From Pseudomonadales bacterium (GTDB lineage Bacteria > Pseudomonadota > Gammaproteobacteria > Pseudomonadales > GM7GCV1): DNA of 64,000 nucleotides. Every line of letters begins with the position of its first letter. Positions within the stretch are counted from its first letter, which is position 1. The position numbers and the translations under genes are program-made. Positions 29,680-39,641 of the stretch are shown one piece after another. The notes beneath the pieces were generated by a model. That model was not told where the DNA came from. It ran no database searches and saw only the letters and a list, made by a program, of their open reading frames with translations. Location of the stretch: NCBI GenBank assembly GCA_965204215.1, contig CBDBDZ010000014.1, positions 165,252 through 229,251 of the forward strand, in the 5' to 3' direction.

Positions 29680-30076
29680 AAGACCATTGCATTAGGCATC
29701 CTGCCTATGCAACTGGGGTCGTATTGAAAAAATGCGATTTTTCAATACTCGCAAAATCAAACACTTATAGTGCTCGATTTTGAGTGATACTATCCTGTAT
29801 CACGCGACCATTGCTTAATCCTAGATTCCGCAGTTGAACGCTAATTTCACTTCTAAGAGTTTGAATGTTATTGATAAACGCTTATTCTTCGATTCACTTC
29901 ATAAGTGAATTACAAATCGCTACCTGGCTTTACAGCCCTTTTCAGTTCACACTGCTGCGTTATGGCTTTTAGTAAGGGCTACAACCATTAACTGCAAGCC
30001 ATGCCTTGCATTATTTCCTGAAAATAACTGTAAATTCCAGGTTCAACTACGGAATCTAGGTTAATGCAATGGTCTT
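29680..30076 (+). repeat. MITE-B copy (151-bp family) carrying a nested MITE-A
   Basis: IRs AAGACCATTGCATTA / TAATGCAATGGTCTT; flanking direct repeat AAACT on both sides. The body matches 63603-63753. Confidence 0.92.
29820..30060 (+). repeat. MITE-A, full copy (241 bp)
   Basis: 20-bp IR CCTAGATTCCG(C/T)AGTTGAAC; TTAAT duplicated on both sides. Confidence 0.92.
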
Positions 30077-30372
30077 AAACTGTGGCCAACGAGACATTTT
30101 CCTTAAGGATAGATATTTATGATGTTTTTTTGCAAGTGTTTCAAATTCATGCCTCGAAACCAGTTTCAGTAATTGGGAAAATACAGTATTATGATGACTC
30201 AAAGCTATTTTCTTGTTGATCTTAAATGATTTTTCGTACAACCATTTTACCAAATCAACAGAGAATAGTCTTTGTTTTATCAACTTATTAAATATTTATG
30301 GGACAGCAGTGACAATGGCTATAATAATTTATTGCTTATTTTCATCAGGGTTTTGCAAGTATTAGAGCAACA

Positions 30373-31080
30373 ATGTTTACAAAAATTATCCAAAAAATTT
30401 TACCTGGCTACTGTATATTGTGTATTAGGCAATTGTCTAATACACAATATAGTAATTACTGCTATCAATGTCTAAGTCAGTTACCTCAGCTTGAAGCCCC
30501 TTTTTGTCAACAATGTTGCCTGCCACTTGATATCGAGCAGCAGTCGACATATTGCGGTGAGTGTCTAACCACTAAACGTCATTTCGACCGAATTATTACG
30601 GCTTTTGTATATAAAGCGCCAATTGATTATTTAATTAATGCGCTAAAACATCAACGTAATTTAAATGGTTATCGTCAGTTAAGCAGACAATTGGCAACAA
30701 TTGTAAACCAACATCATCAGTCAGTGGATTGTTTGATTCCTGTTCCATTGCATTGTAAAAAGCAATTTCATCGCGGTTATAACCAAGCATCGCTAATTTC
30801 AAAAATATTAAGCCAAGAATTGCATATTCAATTGAATGATAGCGCAGTTAAACGTGTCAAACCTACACAATCACAACAGAGTATGAGCCGTAAACAGCGT
30901 ATGCAACAATTAGCGAATTGTTTTGAAGTTACAGAGTCATTGCACAACAAAAAAGTCGCATTGGTTGACGATGTGGTAACGACAGCTTCTACTGTCGATA
31001 ATATCGCCAAGGTGCTGAAACAAGCTGGAGCAGAATCTGTTGAGGTATATGCTTTGGCGCGAACACCAAAAACCTTGTAA
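30373..31080 (+). CDS. comF: ComF-family protein
   Basis: CxxC zinc-finger pairs, PVPLH...RGYNQA and [11 protein letters not shown] motifs. Confidence 0.9.
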   Translation: MFTKIIQKILPGYCILCIRQLSNTQYSNYCYQCLSQLPQLEAPFCQQCCLPLDIEQQSTYCGECLTTKRHFDRIITAFVYKAPIDYLINALKHQRNLNGYRQLSRQLATIVNQHHQSVDCLIPVPLHCKKQFHRGYNQASLISKILSQELHIQLNDSAVKRVKPTQSQQSMSRKQRMQQLANCFEVTESLHNKKVALVDDVVTTASTVDNIAKVLKQAGAESVEVYALARTPKTL

Positions 31081-31097
31081 CTTTTATAATTAGCACT

Positions 31098-31715
31098 ATG
31101 GTCAGTAAAAGCAGTCGTCGTTGGCTCAATGAACATTTTAACGACACTTACGTTGAACAATCCAAACGCTTGGGGTACCGTTCGCGCGCCAGTTTTAAAT
31201 TATTGGAATTGCAAGAGCGCGATAAACTCATCAATCCTGATGATAAAGTCCTTGATTTGGGCGCAGCGCCTGGTGGTTGGTCGCAAGTTGTTGCCGAATT
31301 TATCGGTGGCAGGGGTTCAATTATTGCATCAGATATATTACCGATGGATAGTATAGCTGATGTGGAATTCATTCAAGGCGATTTTACCGAACAATCTTGT
31401 TTTGATTCCATCATGAATGCGGTAGGAAACCAAAAGTTTAATCTTGTAATTTCTGACATGGCCCCCAATATGAGTGGAGTGAAAGTGATAGATCAACCCA
31501 AGTCCATATATCTAGCTGAATTGGCGTTAGATATGGCACAGCGTATATTAGCCCAGAACGGCAGTTTTGTTAGCAAATTATTCCACGGAGAAGGCTTTGA
31601 TGCTTATATAAAAGCGGTCAAACAAAGTTTTAACGCAGCATTTACTAGAAAGCCAGCAGCTTCCAGGTCCAGGTCTAGAGAGGTTTATCTGGTAGCGAAG
31701 GGATTTCGGAGTTAA
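31098..31715 (+). CDS. rlmE: 23S rRNA 2'-O-methyltransferase RlmE (FtsJ)
   Basis: [27 protein letters not shown] and SRSREVY motifs. Confidence 0.97.
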   Translation: MVSKSSRRWLNEHFNDTYVEQSKRLGYRSRASFKLLELQERDKLINPDDKVLDLGAAPGGWSQVVAEFIGGRGSIIASDILPMDSIADVEFIQGDFTEQSCFDSIMNAVGNQKFNLVISDMAPNMSGVKVIDQPKSIYLAELALDMAQRILAQNGSFVSKLFHGEGFDAYIKAVKQSFNAAFTRKPAASRSRSREVYLVAKGFRS

Positions 31716-31781
31716 CGATTCATCCCAATATGAGTTAGAATAGACAACTTGAAATGTATTTATTAGATTTGAGAATTAACA

Positions 31782-33668
31782 ATGACTAAGAATTTATTTT
31801 TGTGGCTGGTAATTGGTGTGGTGCTAATGGCTATTTTTCAATCTTTTGAAAGTCGTTCAACAGGTGTTAGCTTAACCTATACGGATTTTGTTCGTGAAGT
31901 CAAAAATGACAATATACATACTGCCACATTTGAAGGTGAAATGATTTATGGAAAAACTCGCAATAACCAACTCTATAATGTGGTTCGACCCAATGTTACA
32001 GATAACCAATTAATGGATGACTTGTTGCAAAACAATGTAGAAGTTATCGGTACGGAACGGCAAAGAGCGGGTTTGCTACAACAATTACTGGTGGCATCAT
32101 TTCCACTGTTGCTGATTATCTTTATTTTTATGTTTATGATGCGGCAAATGCAAGGCCCGGGTGCTGGTCGAATGGGAGGGCCTATGTCGTTTGGCAAAAG
32201 CAAAGCGCGGCTATTAAATGAAAACCAAATTAAAACCACTTTTGCAGATGTAGCTGGCGTGGATGAAGCCAAGGAAGATTTGGAAGAAATTGTTGAATTT
32301 CTTAAAGACCCCACTCGTTACGAAAAATTAGGTGGTGAAATTCCTCGTGGTTGCTTAATGGTGGGGCCTCCTGGAACGGGCAAAACGCTATTGGCTAAAG
32401 CCGTTGCTGGCGAGGCGCGAGTGCCGTTTTTTTCCATATCAGGTTCTGATTTTGTCGAGATGTTTGTCGGCGTAGGTGCAAGCAGAGTGCGCGATATGTT
32501 CGAACAAGCTAAAAAACATTCGCCCTGCATTATATTTATTGATGAAATTGATGCGGTTGGTCGACATCGTGGTGGAGGTTACGGAGGTGGCAATGACGAG
32601 CGTGAACAAACCTTAAACCAAATGCTGGTAGAAATGGATGGCTTTGAGAGCAATCAGGGCGTCATTGTTATTGCAGCAACAAACCGTGCCGATGTTCTCG
32701 ACCCTGCCCTGCTTCGCCCTGGTCGGTTTGACCGTCAAGTTCATGTCAACTTGCCTGACATTAGAGGACGTGAAAAAATTCTGCAAGTCCATGCCAAAAA
32801 AGTGCCATTACATGAAATGGTAAAAATGAATGTAGTGGCTCGTGGTACACCTGGTTTTTCAGGCGCAGATTTAGCCAATTTAGTAAACGAAGCCGCGTTA
32901 ATAGCAGCGCGTATGAATAAAAAACTGGTTGGTCCTGAAGAATTTGAGCGCGCTCGCGATAAAATCATGATGGGCGCGGAGCGCAAAACCATGGTGATGT
33001 CCGAAAAAGAAAAAGTAAACACTGCCTATCATGAAGCAGGACATGCCATTGTTGGTTGGTTGATGCCCGAACACGATCCAATACATAAAGTTTCTATTAT
33101 TCCACGCGGGCGCGCTTTAGGCGTTACTCAATTTTTGCCAGAAGAAGATAAATACAGCTATAGCCGTCGAGGGATATACAGCCAAATTTGTTCGCTGTTT
33201 GGTGGTCGTATTGCCGAAGAGTTAATTGGTGGAGCCGATGCGGTCACAACGGGGGCATCAAATGATATTGAGCGCGCCACTCAACTTGCGCGCAATATGG
33301 TAACTAAATGGGGTTTAAGTGATAAGTTAGGTCCGTTAATGTACGGTGAAGAAGACCCTCATTCTTACACTAGCAGTAAAAATTATTCGGATGTGACATC
33401 CAGCGAAATCGACAAAGAAGTTAGACGTATTATTAATAAAAGCTATAAAGAAGCAGAACAACTGTTACAAGATAATCGCGATATCCTTGAAGCTATGAAA
33501 GGCGCGCTAATGGAATATGAAACCATCGACGATGAACAGGTAGCAGATTTAATGAATCGCCGCAAAGTGCGACCACCTAAAGATTGGGGTAGCGACTTTG
33601 GCGACGGCGGTGGAGCATCAACCAGTTCAAGCGACAACGATAAAGATAATATTGCTGAACCTGCATAA
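31782..33668 (+). CDS. ftsH: ATP-dependent zinc metalloprotease FtsH
   Basis: Two TMs, GPPGTGKT, the SRH region and HEAGH. Confidence 0.98.
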   Translation: MTKNLFLWLVIGVVLMAIFQSFESRSTGVSLTYTDFVREVKNDNIHTATFEGEMIYGKTRNNQLYNVVRPNVTDNQLMDDLLQNNVEVIGTERQRAGLLQQLLVASFPLLLIIFIFMFMMRQMQGPGAGRMGGPMSFGKSKARLLNENQIKTTFADVAGVDEAKEDLEEIVEFLKDPTRYEKLGGEIPRGCLMVGPPGTGKTLLAKAVAGEARVPFFSISGSDFVEMFVGVGASRVRDMFEQAKKHSPCIIFIDEIDAVGRHRGGGYGGGNDEREQTLNQMLVEMDGFESNQGVIVIAATNRADVLDPALLRPGRFDRQVHVNLPDIRGREKILQVHAKKVPLHEMVKMNVVARGTPGFSGADLANLVNEAALIAARMNKKLVGPEEFERARDKIMMGAERKTMVMSEKEKVNTAYHEAGHAIVGWLMPEHDPIHKVSIIPRGRALGVTQFLPEEDKYSYSRRGIYSQICSLFGGRIAEELIGGADAVTTGASNDIERATQLARNMVTKWGLSDKLGPLMYGEEDPHSYTSSKNYSDVTSSEIDKEVRRIINKSYKEAEQLLQDNRDILEAMKGALMEYETIDDEQVADLMNRRKVRPPKDWGSDFGDGGGASTSSSDNDKDNIAEPA

Positions 33669-34530
33669 ATCATCTAACTCGAATAATCAGCCGGTTTCGT
33701 TTAGCGCTAGCCAAAAAAAATATCATTTTGATAGCCCTGCGATTATGGGCATTGTCAATATGACTCCAGACTCGTTTTCTGATGGAGGTGTTTTAACCTC
33801 GACAACGAAAACCTTAGCTTATATCGAAAAACTTATTGCAGAAGGTGCAGATATTATTGATATTGGCGCTGAATCGACCAGGCCAGGGGCATTGCCTGTA
33901 TTGGCAAGTGAGCAAATAAAGCGTATTGGGCAGGTCATTAGTGAGGTTAAAAAGCAGTTTGATACGTTGGTATCCATTGATACTAGTGATGCTGAGGTCA
34001 TTGCTTATGCTGTGGAGCAGGGTGTTGATATTGTCAATGATGTTCGAGCGCTACAACAATCTGGCGCATTATCGCAAGTTGCCAATTCACAAGTAGCACT
34101 AGTGTTGATGCACATGCAAGGGCAGCCACAGGCCATGCAAATTGCGCCCCAATATGACAATGTTGTCGATGAGATTAGTGCTTTTTTACAACAACGTGTT
34201 GATGCCTGTAATGAAGCTGGTATTAGCAATAATCGCATAGTGCTTGACCCAGGCTTTGGTTTTGGTAAGAGTTTGCAACAAAATATTGATTTATTGAAAA
34301 ATTTATCTAAACTGACAACAGGTATGAACTACCCATATCCTATATTGGCGGGGCTGTCACGTAAGTCTATGATAGAAAAAATCACAGGCGCAGTAATTGA
34401 GGAGCGCCTTTCAGGTAGTATTGCTCTGGCTTTGTGTGCTCTACAAAACGGTGCGCAAATATTGCGTGTTCACGATGTGAAAGCCACTAAACAAGCCTGC
34501 CAAATTTGGCAGTATATTGTAAGTCATTAA
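33652..34530 (+). CDS. folP: Dihydropteroate synthase (start uncertain)
   Basis: [33 protein letters not shown] and GLSRKS motifs. Confidence 0.95.
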   Translation: MLNLHKSSNSNNQPVSFSASQKKYHFDSPAIMGIVNMTPDSFSDGGVLTSTTKTLAYIEKLIAEGADIIDIGAESTRPGALPVLASEQIKRIGQVISEVKKQFDTLVSIDTSDAEVIAYAVEQGVDIVNDVRALQQSGALSQVANSQVALVLMHMQGQPQAMQIAPQYDNVVDEISAFLQQRVDACNEAGISNNRIVLDPGFGFGKSLQQNIDLLKNLSKLTTGMNYPYPILAGLSRKSMIEKITGAVIEERLSGSIALALCALQNGAQILRVHDVKATKQACQIWQYIVSH

Positions 34531-34533
34531 GCT

Positions 34534-35886
34534 TTGTATTTGATGAGTAAAAAAATAAAACATTATTTCGGGACAGATGGTATTCGTGGCAGAGTAGGCG
34601 AGTTCCCTATCACTGCTGAATTTTTGTTGAAGCTGGGTTGGTCCATCGGTAAAGTGATGGGTTCCAGTGAACAAGAGAATCGTTTTTTAATTGGTAAAGA
34701 CACACGCATCTCCGGTTATATGTTCGAATCTGCCCTGCAAGCAGGCTTTATTGCCGCTGGTGCGTCACCAGGGTTGTTAGGACCTATGCCAACGCCAGCC
34801 ATTAGCTATTTGACTCGCACCTTAAATGCTTGTGCAGGGGTGGTAATTAGCGCGTCTCACAATCCTCATTATGATAACGGTATTAAACTTTTTAACCGTG
34901 AAGGTTATAAGTTAGACGACGAGTTGGAACATGCAATAGAGGAACAGTTAACAAAAGAAATTGACACTGTACCTTCAGAATTGCTAGGTAAAGCTTTTAG
35001 GGTATCTGATGCGGTGGGGCGTTATGTGGAATTTTGTAAAGCCAGTGCTCTGGGTTTGTCGTTGCGCGGTAAAACGATTGTGTTAGATTGCGCTAACGGA
35101 GCGACTTATCAAGTAGCACCCAAAGTGTTTACCGAACTGGGTGCACAAGTGGTTCTATTAGCCTGTGAACCTGATGGTCTGAATATTAATCTTGATTGTG
35201 GGTCGACAAAACCTGCATTATTACAATCTAAAGTGCTTTCAGAAAGTGCTGACTTAGGGATAGCGTTTGATGGTGATGGCGACAGGTTGATTATGGTTGA
35301 CAATAAAGGTGAACTGCTCGATGGCGATGACATCCTGTTTATTTTGGCAGAGTATTTGCTTTCGCAAAATAAGCTAAGTGGAATTGTAGGTACGTTAATG
35401 ACCAATCATGCCTTAGAACAAGCACTACTAGAGCGCGACATTCCGTTTCATCGAGCGGGGGTGGGTGATAGATATGTGATTGAAAAAATGCGTGAAAATT
35501 ATTGGAACCTGGGTGGTGAAAATTCAGGGCATATCATCTGTGGTGACGTCAGTCGCACTGGCGATGGTATTATTACGGCACTTGGTGTTTTATTTGCACT
35601 ACAAGAAATGGATTTAACGCTGAACGAAGCCAAAAGCGGTTTGCAAAAAACGCCACAGAAAATGATTAATGTCACTTGTTTAAACAACAAAAAGTTAAAC
35701 AGTAAAACTGCAATCTGGAATAAGGTTAAACAGGTTGAAGCTGAACTTGGTAATTCGGGCCGCGTATTGCTGCGTTCATCAGGTACTGAACCATTGGTTA
35801 GGGTGATGGTCGAGTGTGCCGATTTAAAACTGGCAAATCGTTACAGCAAGGAGCTTGCCGAGTTGGTTGAAAAAGAGCTGTCATGA
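34534..35886 (+). CDS. glmM: Phosphoglucosamine mutase
   Basis: YFGTDGIRG, ISASHNP, FDGDGDR and GGENSGH motifs. Confidence 0.97.
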   Translation: MYLMSKKIKHYFGTDGIRGRVGEFPITAEFLLKLGWSIGKVMGSSEQENRFLIGKDTRISGYMFESALQAGFIAAGASPGLLGPMPTPAISYLTRTLNACAGVVISASHNPHYDNGIKLFNREGYKLDDELEHAIEEQLTKEIDTVPSELLGKAFRVSDAVGRYVEFCKASALGLSLRGKTIVLDCANGATYQVAPKVFTELGAQVVLLACEPDGLNINLDCGSTKPALLQSKVLSESADLGIAFDGDGDRLIMVDNKGELLDGDDILFILAEYLLSQNKLSGIVGTLMTNHALEQALLERDIPFHRAGVGDRYVIEKMRENYWNLGGENSGHIICGDVSRTGDGIITALGVLFALQEMDLTLNEAKSGLQKTPQKMINVTCLNNKKLNSKTAIWNKVKQVEAELGNSGRVLLRSSGTEPLVRVMVECADLKLANRYSKELAELVEKELS

Positions 35887-36227
35887 ACTTAAATGCTGAA
35901 AATAACGCTTTAATTGACAGTATTCAGTGGGGTAGTCGAGGGCTAATTCCTGCCATTGCTCAAGAAGCAAATAGCAAGCTCATTTTAATGCAGGCTTGGG
36001 TCAACCGTGAGGCTTTGTTAAAAACATTGGAAGATGGTTATGCAACTTATTGGTCGCGCTCAAGGCAAAAATTGTGGCGCAAAGGTGAAAGCTCGGGGCA
36101 ATTACAAAAAATCACAGGTGTTTGGTTAGATTGCGATAATGATAGCCTGTTGTATGAAGTTGAACAAGAAAAAGGAATTGCCTGTCATTTAGGTCATCCC
36201 AGTTGTTTTTTCAAGCAATTAAATTAA
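35883..36227 (+). CDS. hisI: Phosphoribosyl-AMP cyclohydrolase
   Basis: YWSRSRQKLWRKGESSG, DCDNDSL and ACHLG..SCF motifs. Confidence 0.95.
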   Translation: MNLNAENNALIDSIQWGSRGLIPAIAQEANSKLILMQAWVNREALLKTLEDGYATYWSRSRQKLWRKGESSGQLQKITGVWLDCDNDSLLYEVEQEKGIACHLGHPSCFFKQLN

Positions 36228-36231
36228 GAAT

Positions 36232-36570
36232 ATGGCAGATAACATATTACAGCGTATTGATGAAGTGATTGCACAGCGTAAAAATACACTGGCAAAGGAT
36301 TCTTACGTGGCATCACTCCTTATAGCGGGGCGTGAACGTATCGCTCGGAAGGTTGGCGAAGAAGCGGTGGAAACCGTAATTGCCAGCCTGTCCACATCAG
36401 GCAACCCCGAGGGAAAACAGAGCCTTGTTGCTGAAGTGGCGGATCTATGGTTTCATTGCCAAGTGCTATTGGCGGAGCAAGATTTGTCGAGTTCCGATGT
36501 TATTGAGGAATTAGGCAGGCGTTTTGGGGTGTCAGGGCTTGACGAAAAGGCTTCAAGAGACAACAATTAA
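36232..36570 (+). CDS. hisE: Phosphoribosyl-ATP diphosphatase
   Basis: KVGEEAVE and EVADLWFH motifs. Confidence 0.95.
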   Translation: MADNILQRIDEVIAQRKNTLAKDSYVASLLIAGRERIARKVGEEAVETVIASLSTSGNPEGKQSLVAEVADLWFHCQVLLAEQDLSSSDVIEELGRRFGVSGLDEKASRDNN

Positions 36571-36598
36571 GCTTTACATTTCAACCTAAGAGTCAACT

Positions 36599-36811
36599 AT
36601 GGGTATCAGCGGCATTTCCATTCCACAATTGTTAATAATATTGACTATTATTTTATTACTATTTGGCACCAAAAAATTGAGTTCGCTAGGAACTGATTTA
36701 GGTTCCGCTATCAAAGGCTTTCGCAAAGCGATTAGTCCCAATGATGAAACTGAATCAGCGAAAACTGAGCAGTCAAAGGAAGAGGAGGAGAAAGCCAATA
36801 CTGTCAGCTAG
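36599..36811 (+). CDS. tatA: Tat subunit A
   Basis: [11 protein letters not shown]...[23 protein letters not shown]. Confidence 0.95.
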   Translation: MGISGISIPQLLIILTIILLLFGTKKLSSLGTDLGSAIKGFRKAISPNDETESAKTEQSKEEEEKANTVS

Positions 36812-36852
36812 CATTAACGGTTGTTTGATACTGTTTTAGATAGAATAATACA

Positions 36853-37149
36853 ATGGGGTTTGGTGAATTAATCGTCATAGCACTACTTGCTCTGTTAGTG
36901 GTGGGTCCAGAGCGTTTGCCAAAAACCATTAAAACTATTAGTCGTTGGATTTATACCCTCAAGCACCAATTTAATTCTGTCAAGCAATCGGTTGAAGATG
37001 AATTGGGGTTAGATGAAATTAAAAGAGACGTTCACAATCATCAAGTTATGAAACAGCTACAAGAAATGGATAAAGAATTAAATCAATCTAATATTTCTAT
37101 CGATCAATCAACTACTAGTGAGTCCAGAGAAAAGAGTTGTGACAACTGA
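36853..37149 (+). CDS. tatB: Tat subunit B
   Basis: GFGELIVIALLALLVVGPERLP. Confidence 0.93.
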   Translation: MGFGELIVIALLALLVVGPERLPKTIKTISRWIYTLKHQFNSVKQSVEDELGLDEIKRDVHNHQVMKQLQEMDKELNQSNISIDQSTTSESREKSCDN

Positions 37150-37864
37150 TACGTCGCAATCGCTTATTGAGCATTTACTTGAGCTGCGAAACCGCTTACT
37201 TCGCGCCTTGGTTGCGGCGTTGATAGTGTTTATTGTGCTGGTTCCTTTTGCCAACGAAGTTTACGAGTATTTATCACAGCCACTTCGTGCTATTATTCCC
37301 AATAGCAGCAGCATGATAGCGACCAATTTAATCAGCCCATTTTTTACTCCGCTGAAATTAACCATTTATGCGGCGTTATTTATTACCATGCCGTATTCGC
37401 TGTACCAACTTTGGGCTTTTGTAGCACCTGGGTTATACAAACAGGAAAAGCGAGTGTCCGCACCGCTACTACTGTCGAGTATTATCTTATTTTATGCAGG
37501 CATCTTATTTAGTTATTATATTGTCTTTCCGTTAATCTTTGCGTTTTTAACCACTGTAGGACCAGTGTCAGTAGCCGTGATGCCCGACATTAACAGCTTT
37601 TTAGATTTTTCCATAAAACTGTTTTTTGCTTTTGGTTTGGCTTTTGAAATACCTGTTGCCATTGTCATATTAACGCGCAGTGGCTTTGTCAGTGTTGAAA
37701 GCCTTGCGTCCAAGAGACCCTACATTATTATCGGTTTTTTTGTCATTGGCATGTTAATGACGCCGCCTGATATATTTTCCCAAACATTATTAGCCATACC
37801 TATGTGGTTATTGTTCGAAATTGGGCTGTTTTGTTCTAAAATAAGCTTGCAAACTCAACATTGA
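37118..37864 (+). CDS. tatC: Tat subunit C
   Basis: LIEHLLELRNRL, AFGLAFEIP and TPPDIFSQ motifs. Confidence 0.96.
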   Translation: MSPEKRVVTTDTSQSLIEHLLELRNRLLRALVAALIVFIVLVPFANEVYEYLSQPLRAIIPNSSSMIATNLISPFFTPLKLTIYAALFITMPYSLYQLWAFVAPGLYKQEKRVSAPLLLSSIILFYAGILFSYYIVFPLIFAFLTTVGPVSVAVMPDINSFLDFSIKLFFAFGLAFEIPVAIVILTRSGFVSVESLASKRPYIIIGFFVIGMLMTPPDIFSQTLLAIPMWLLFEIGLFCSKISLQTQH

Positions 37865-37883
37865 CACTTATTTCATAAATTGT

Positions 37884-38495
37884 ATGACAGACGCGACACA
37901 AATCTATTTAAATAGCATTACCTTTTCCGATAGTGCTGTAGACTATTTAGCGGGATTATTGGAAAAACAGGATTGCGAAGGCATTGGTGTTCGTATGTTT
38001 ATTATGAACCCTGGGACACCAGAGGCAGAAACCTGTTTGTCATATTGCCGCCCTGGAGAGGAAAAAGAAAATGATGTGAAAAGTGAAACATCCGCCTTTA
38101 GTATCTTTTTTGAAGAACGCAGTTTGCGGTTTTTAGAAGATGCGACGGTGGACTTTAATAAAGATAAAATGGGAGGTCAGCTGACTATCAAAGCCCCTAA
38201 TTCAAGAGTGCCGCAAGTTAGTGATGACAGCCCATTAGAAGATAAGGTCAATTACATTTTATGGAATGAAGTTAATCCCGGTTTGGCTGCGCACGGTGGG
38301 CAAGTTTCCTTGGTTGAGATGACAGACAATAACATTGCAGTGCTGCAATTTGGTGGAGGGTGTCAAGGTTGCAGTCAGTTAGACTTAACTTTAAAAGATG
38401 GCGTTGAACGCTCATTAATGAATCAATTGCCCGAATTAGCAGGTGTTAAAGATATTACCGACCACAGCGACACCAGCAATGCCTATTTCAGATAA
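37884..38495 (+). CDS. nfuA: Fe/S biogenesis protein NfuA
   Basis: Degenerate A-type domain plus NifU-C (HGGQV...FGGGCQGCS). Confidence 0.95.
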   Translation: MTDATQIYLNSITFSDSAVDYLAGLLEKQDCEGIGVRMFIMNPGTPEAETCLSYCRPGEEKENDVKSETSAFSIFFEERSLRFLEDATVDFNKDKMGGQLTIKAPNSRVPQVSDDSPLEDKVNYILWNEVNPGLAAHGGQVSLVEMTDNNIAVLQFGGGCQGCSQLDLTLKDGVERSLMNQLPELAGVKDITDHSDTSNAYFR

Positions 38496-38533
38496 ATGAC
38501 CAAAGCCAGGCGAGCCAAAGGCGATGCGGCTAT

Positions 38534-38591
38534 AGCACCTGTTTTCATTGCCATTTTTGTGTTCATTACGAAGTCTAATGCATAACCTGGG
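38534..38591 (+). repeat. MITE-C right-hand fragment
   Basis: AGCACCTGTTTTCATTGCC...CTAATGCATAACCTGGG matches the last 58 bp of 58654-58827. Confidence 0.85.
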
Positions 38592-39396
38592 TTGAATTGA
38601 ATTTTGGGTCGGTGCGTTTTTTAAAGGGAAAAGCTAAGCTCCAAAAGAAGTTAGACGTTGAGTGATGCTGCTGGTTTTCTAGCCCAATAATCATGTCATA
38701 ATGCCCTTGTTGAGGTTGGGTGTTATAGGTTTTAAACCATCTATCCCATATTGAAAGGCAAAACCCATAATTAGAATCGGTCTCATTAACAATGATAGAG
38801 TGGTGTACGCGGTGCATGTCAGGTGTAACCAGGAGTTTGCGAATATACTTGTCAAAGGTTAAAGGCAGATTAATGTTGGAATGATTAAACATTGCACAGG
38901 CATTTAGTGCAACTTCAAACCAAAATACAGCAATGGGAGATGTCCCTAATATTACAATAATAACTACCTTGTAAAGCATGGACAATACAATTTCTATAGG
39001 GTGGAAGCGAATGGCAGTTGTGACATCAATGTCTCTGTCGCTATGATGTACTTTGTGAAACTGCCATATCAGAGGAATTTTATGCGACAAAACGTGCTGA
39101 AAGTAAATAGCCAAATCTAACAGAATAAATGCCAATACAATTTCCAACCACAGTGGCAAAGGTGTTAAGGCAAACAGTCCCCAATTATTATTCGTAGCAT
39201 AGTGAGCCACTACCATTGCAGAAACAGGGCCAAGTAATTTAACAACAAAACTATTAATGACCGAGATACTTAGATTGGTTCCCCAGCGTTTTGATTTACT
39301 TTGAATTAATTGGCGTTTTGGAATGAATATTTCCAACAGAGCCATAGCAACTAAAACTGCTGCAAATATAAACAATCTGATTATAGAGTCTTCCAA
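38575..39396 (-). CDS. Sterol desaturase / fatty-acid hydroxylase family protein
   Basis: His boxes YFQH..SH, HKVHH, FNHSN and HRVHH. Confidence 0.9.
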   Translation of the reverse strand: MEDSIIRLFIFAAVLVAMALLEIFIPKRQLIQSKSKRWGTNLSISVINSFVVKLLGPVSAMVVAHYATNNNWGLFALTPLPLWLEIVLAFILLDLAIYFQHVLSHKIPLIWQFHKVHHSDRDIDVTTAIRFHPIEIVLSMLYKVVIIVILGTSPIAVFWFEVALNACAMFNHSNINLPLTFDKYIRKLLVTPDMHRVHHSIIVNETDSNYGFCLSIWDRWFKTYNTQPQQGHYDMIIGLENQQHHSTSNFFWSLAFPFKKRTDPKFNSTQVMH

Positions 39397-39641
39397 TGTT
39401 ATAAGATGTTGATAATGATGATGGCTATCATATCATAGCACTACCTAAACTTTATTTAGATTAAAATTACATTTATTCATAGGAATAATGGCAATGAGAG
39501 TTTTGTACAATTACTCCACTCTATCTTATCTTGGTCGGTTATCTCCTCTTGATATTAAATTTGTAAGAAATATTGTAGAATCACAGTTTGAACAGGATTC
39601 TTAATCATCGCTGCCCAAAGTAGTCTCCATATAAACCAAAC

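Larger units (their letters stand above)
29539..30311 (-). pseudogene. 5' relic of an IS4 element, internally deleted and interrupted by nested MITEs
   Basis: Left IR at 30296-30311. Fragments VFSQLLKLVSRHEFETLAKKH...KMSRWPQF and SLLARVNEQQP...CQQLAPKHGFRF are homologous to the transposase at 2-1135. Confidence 0.85.
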
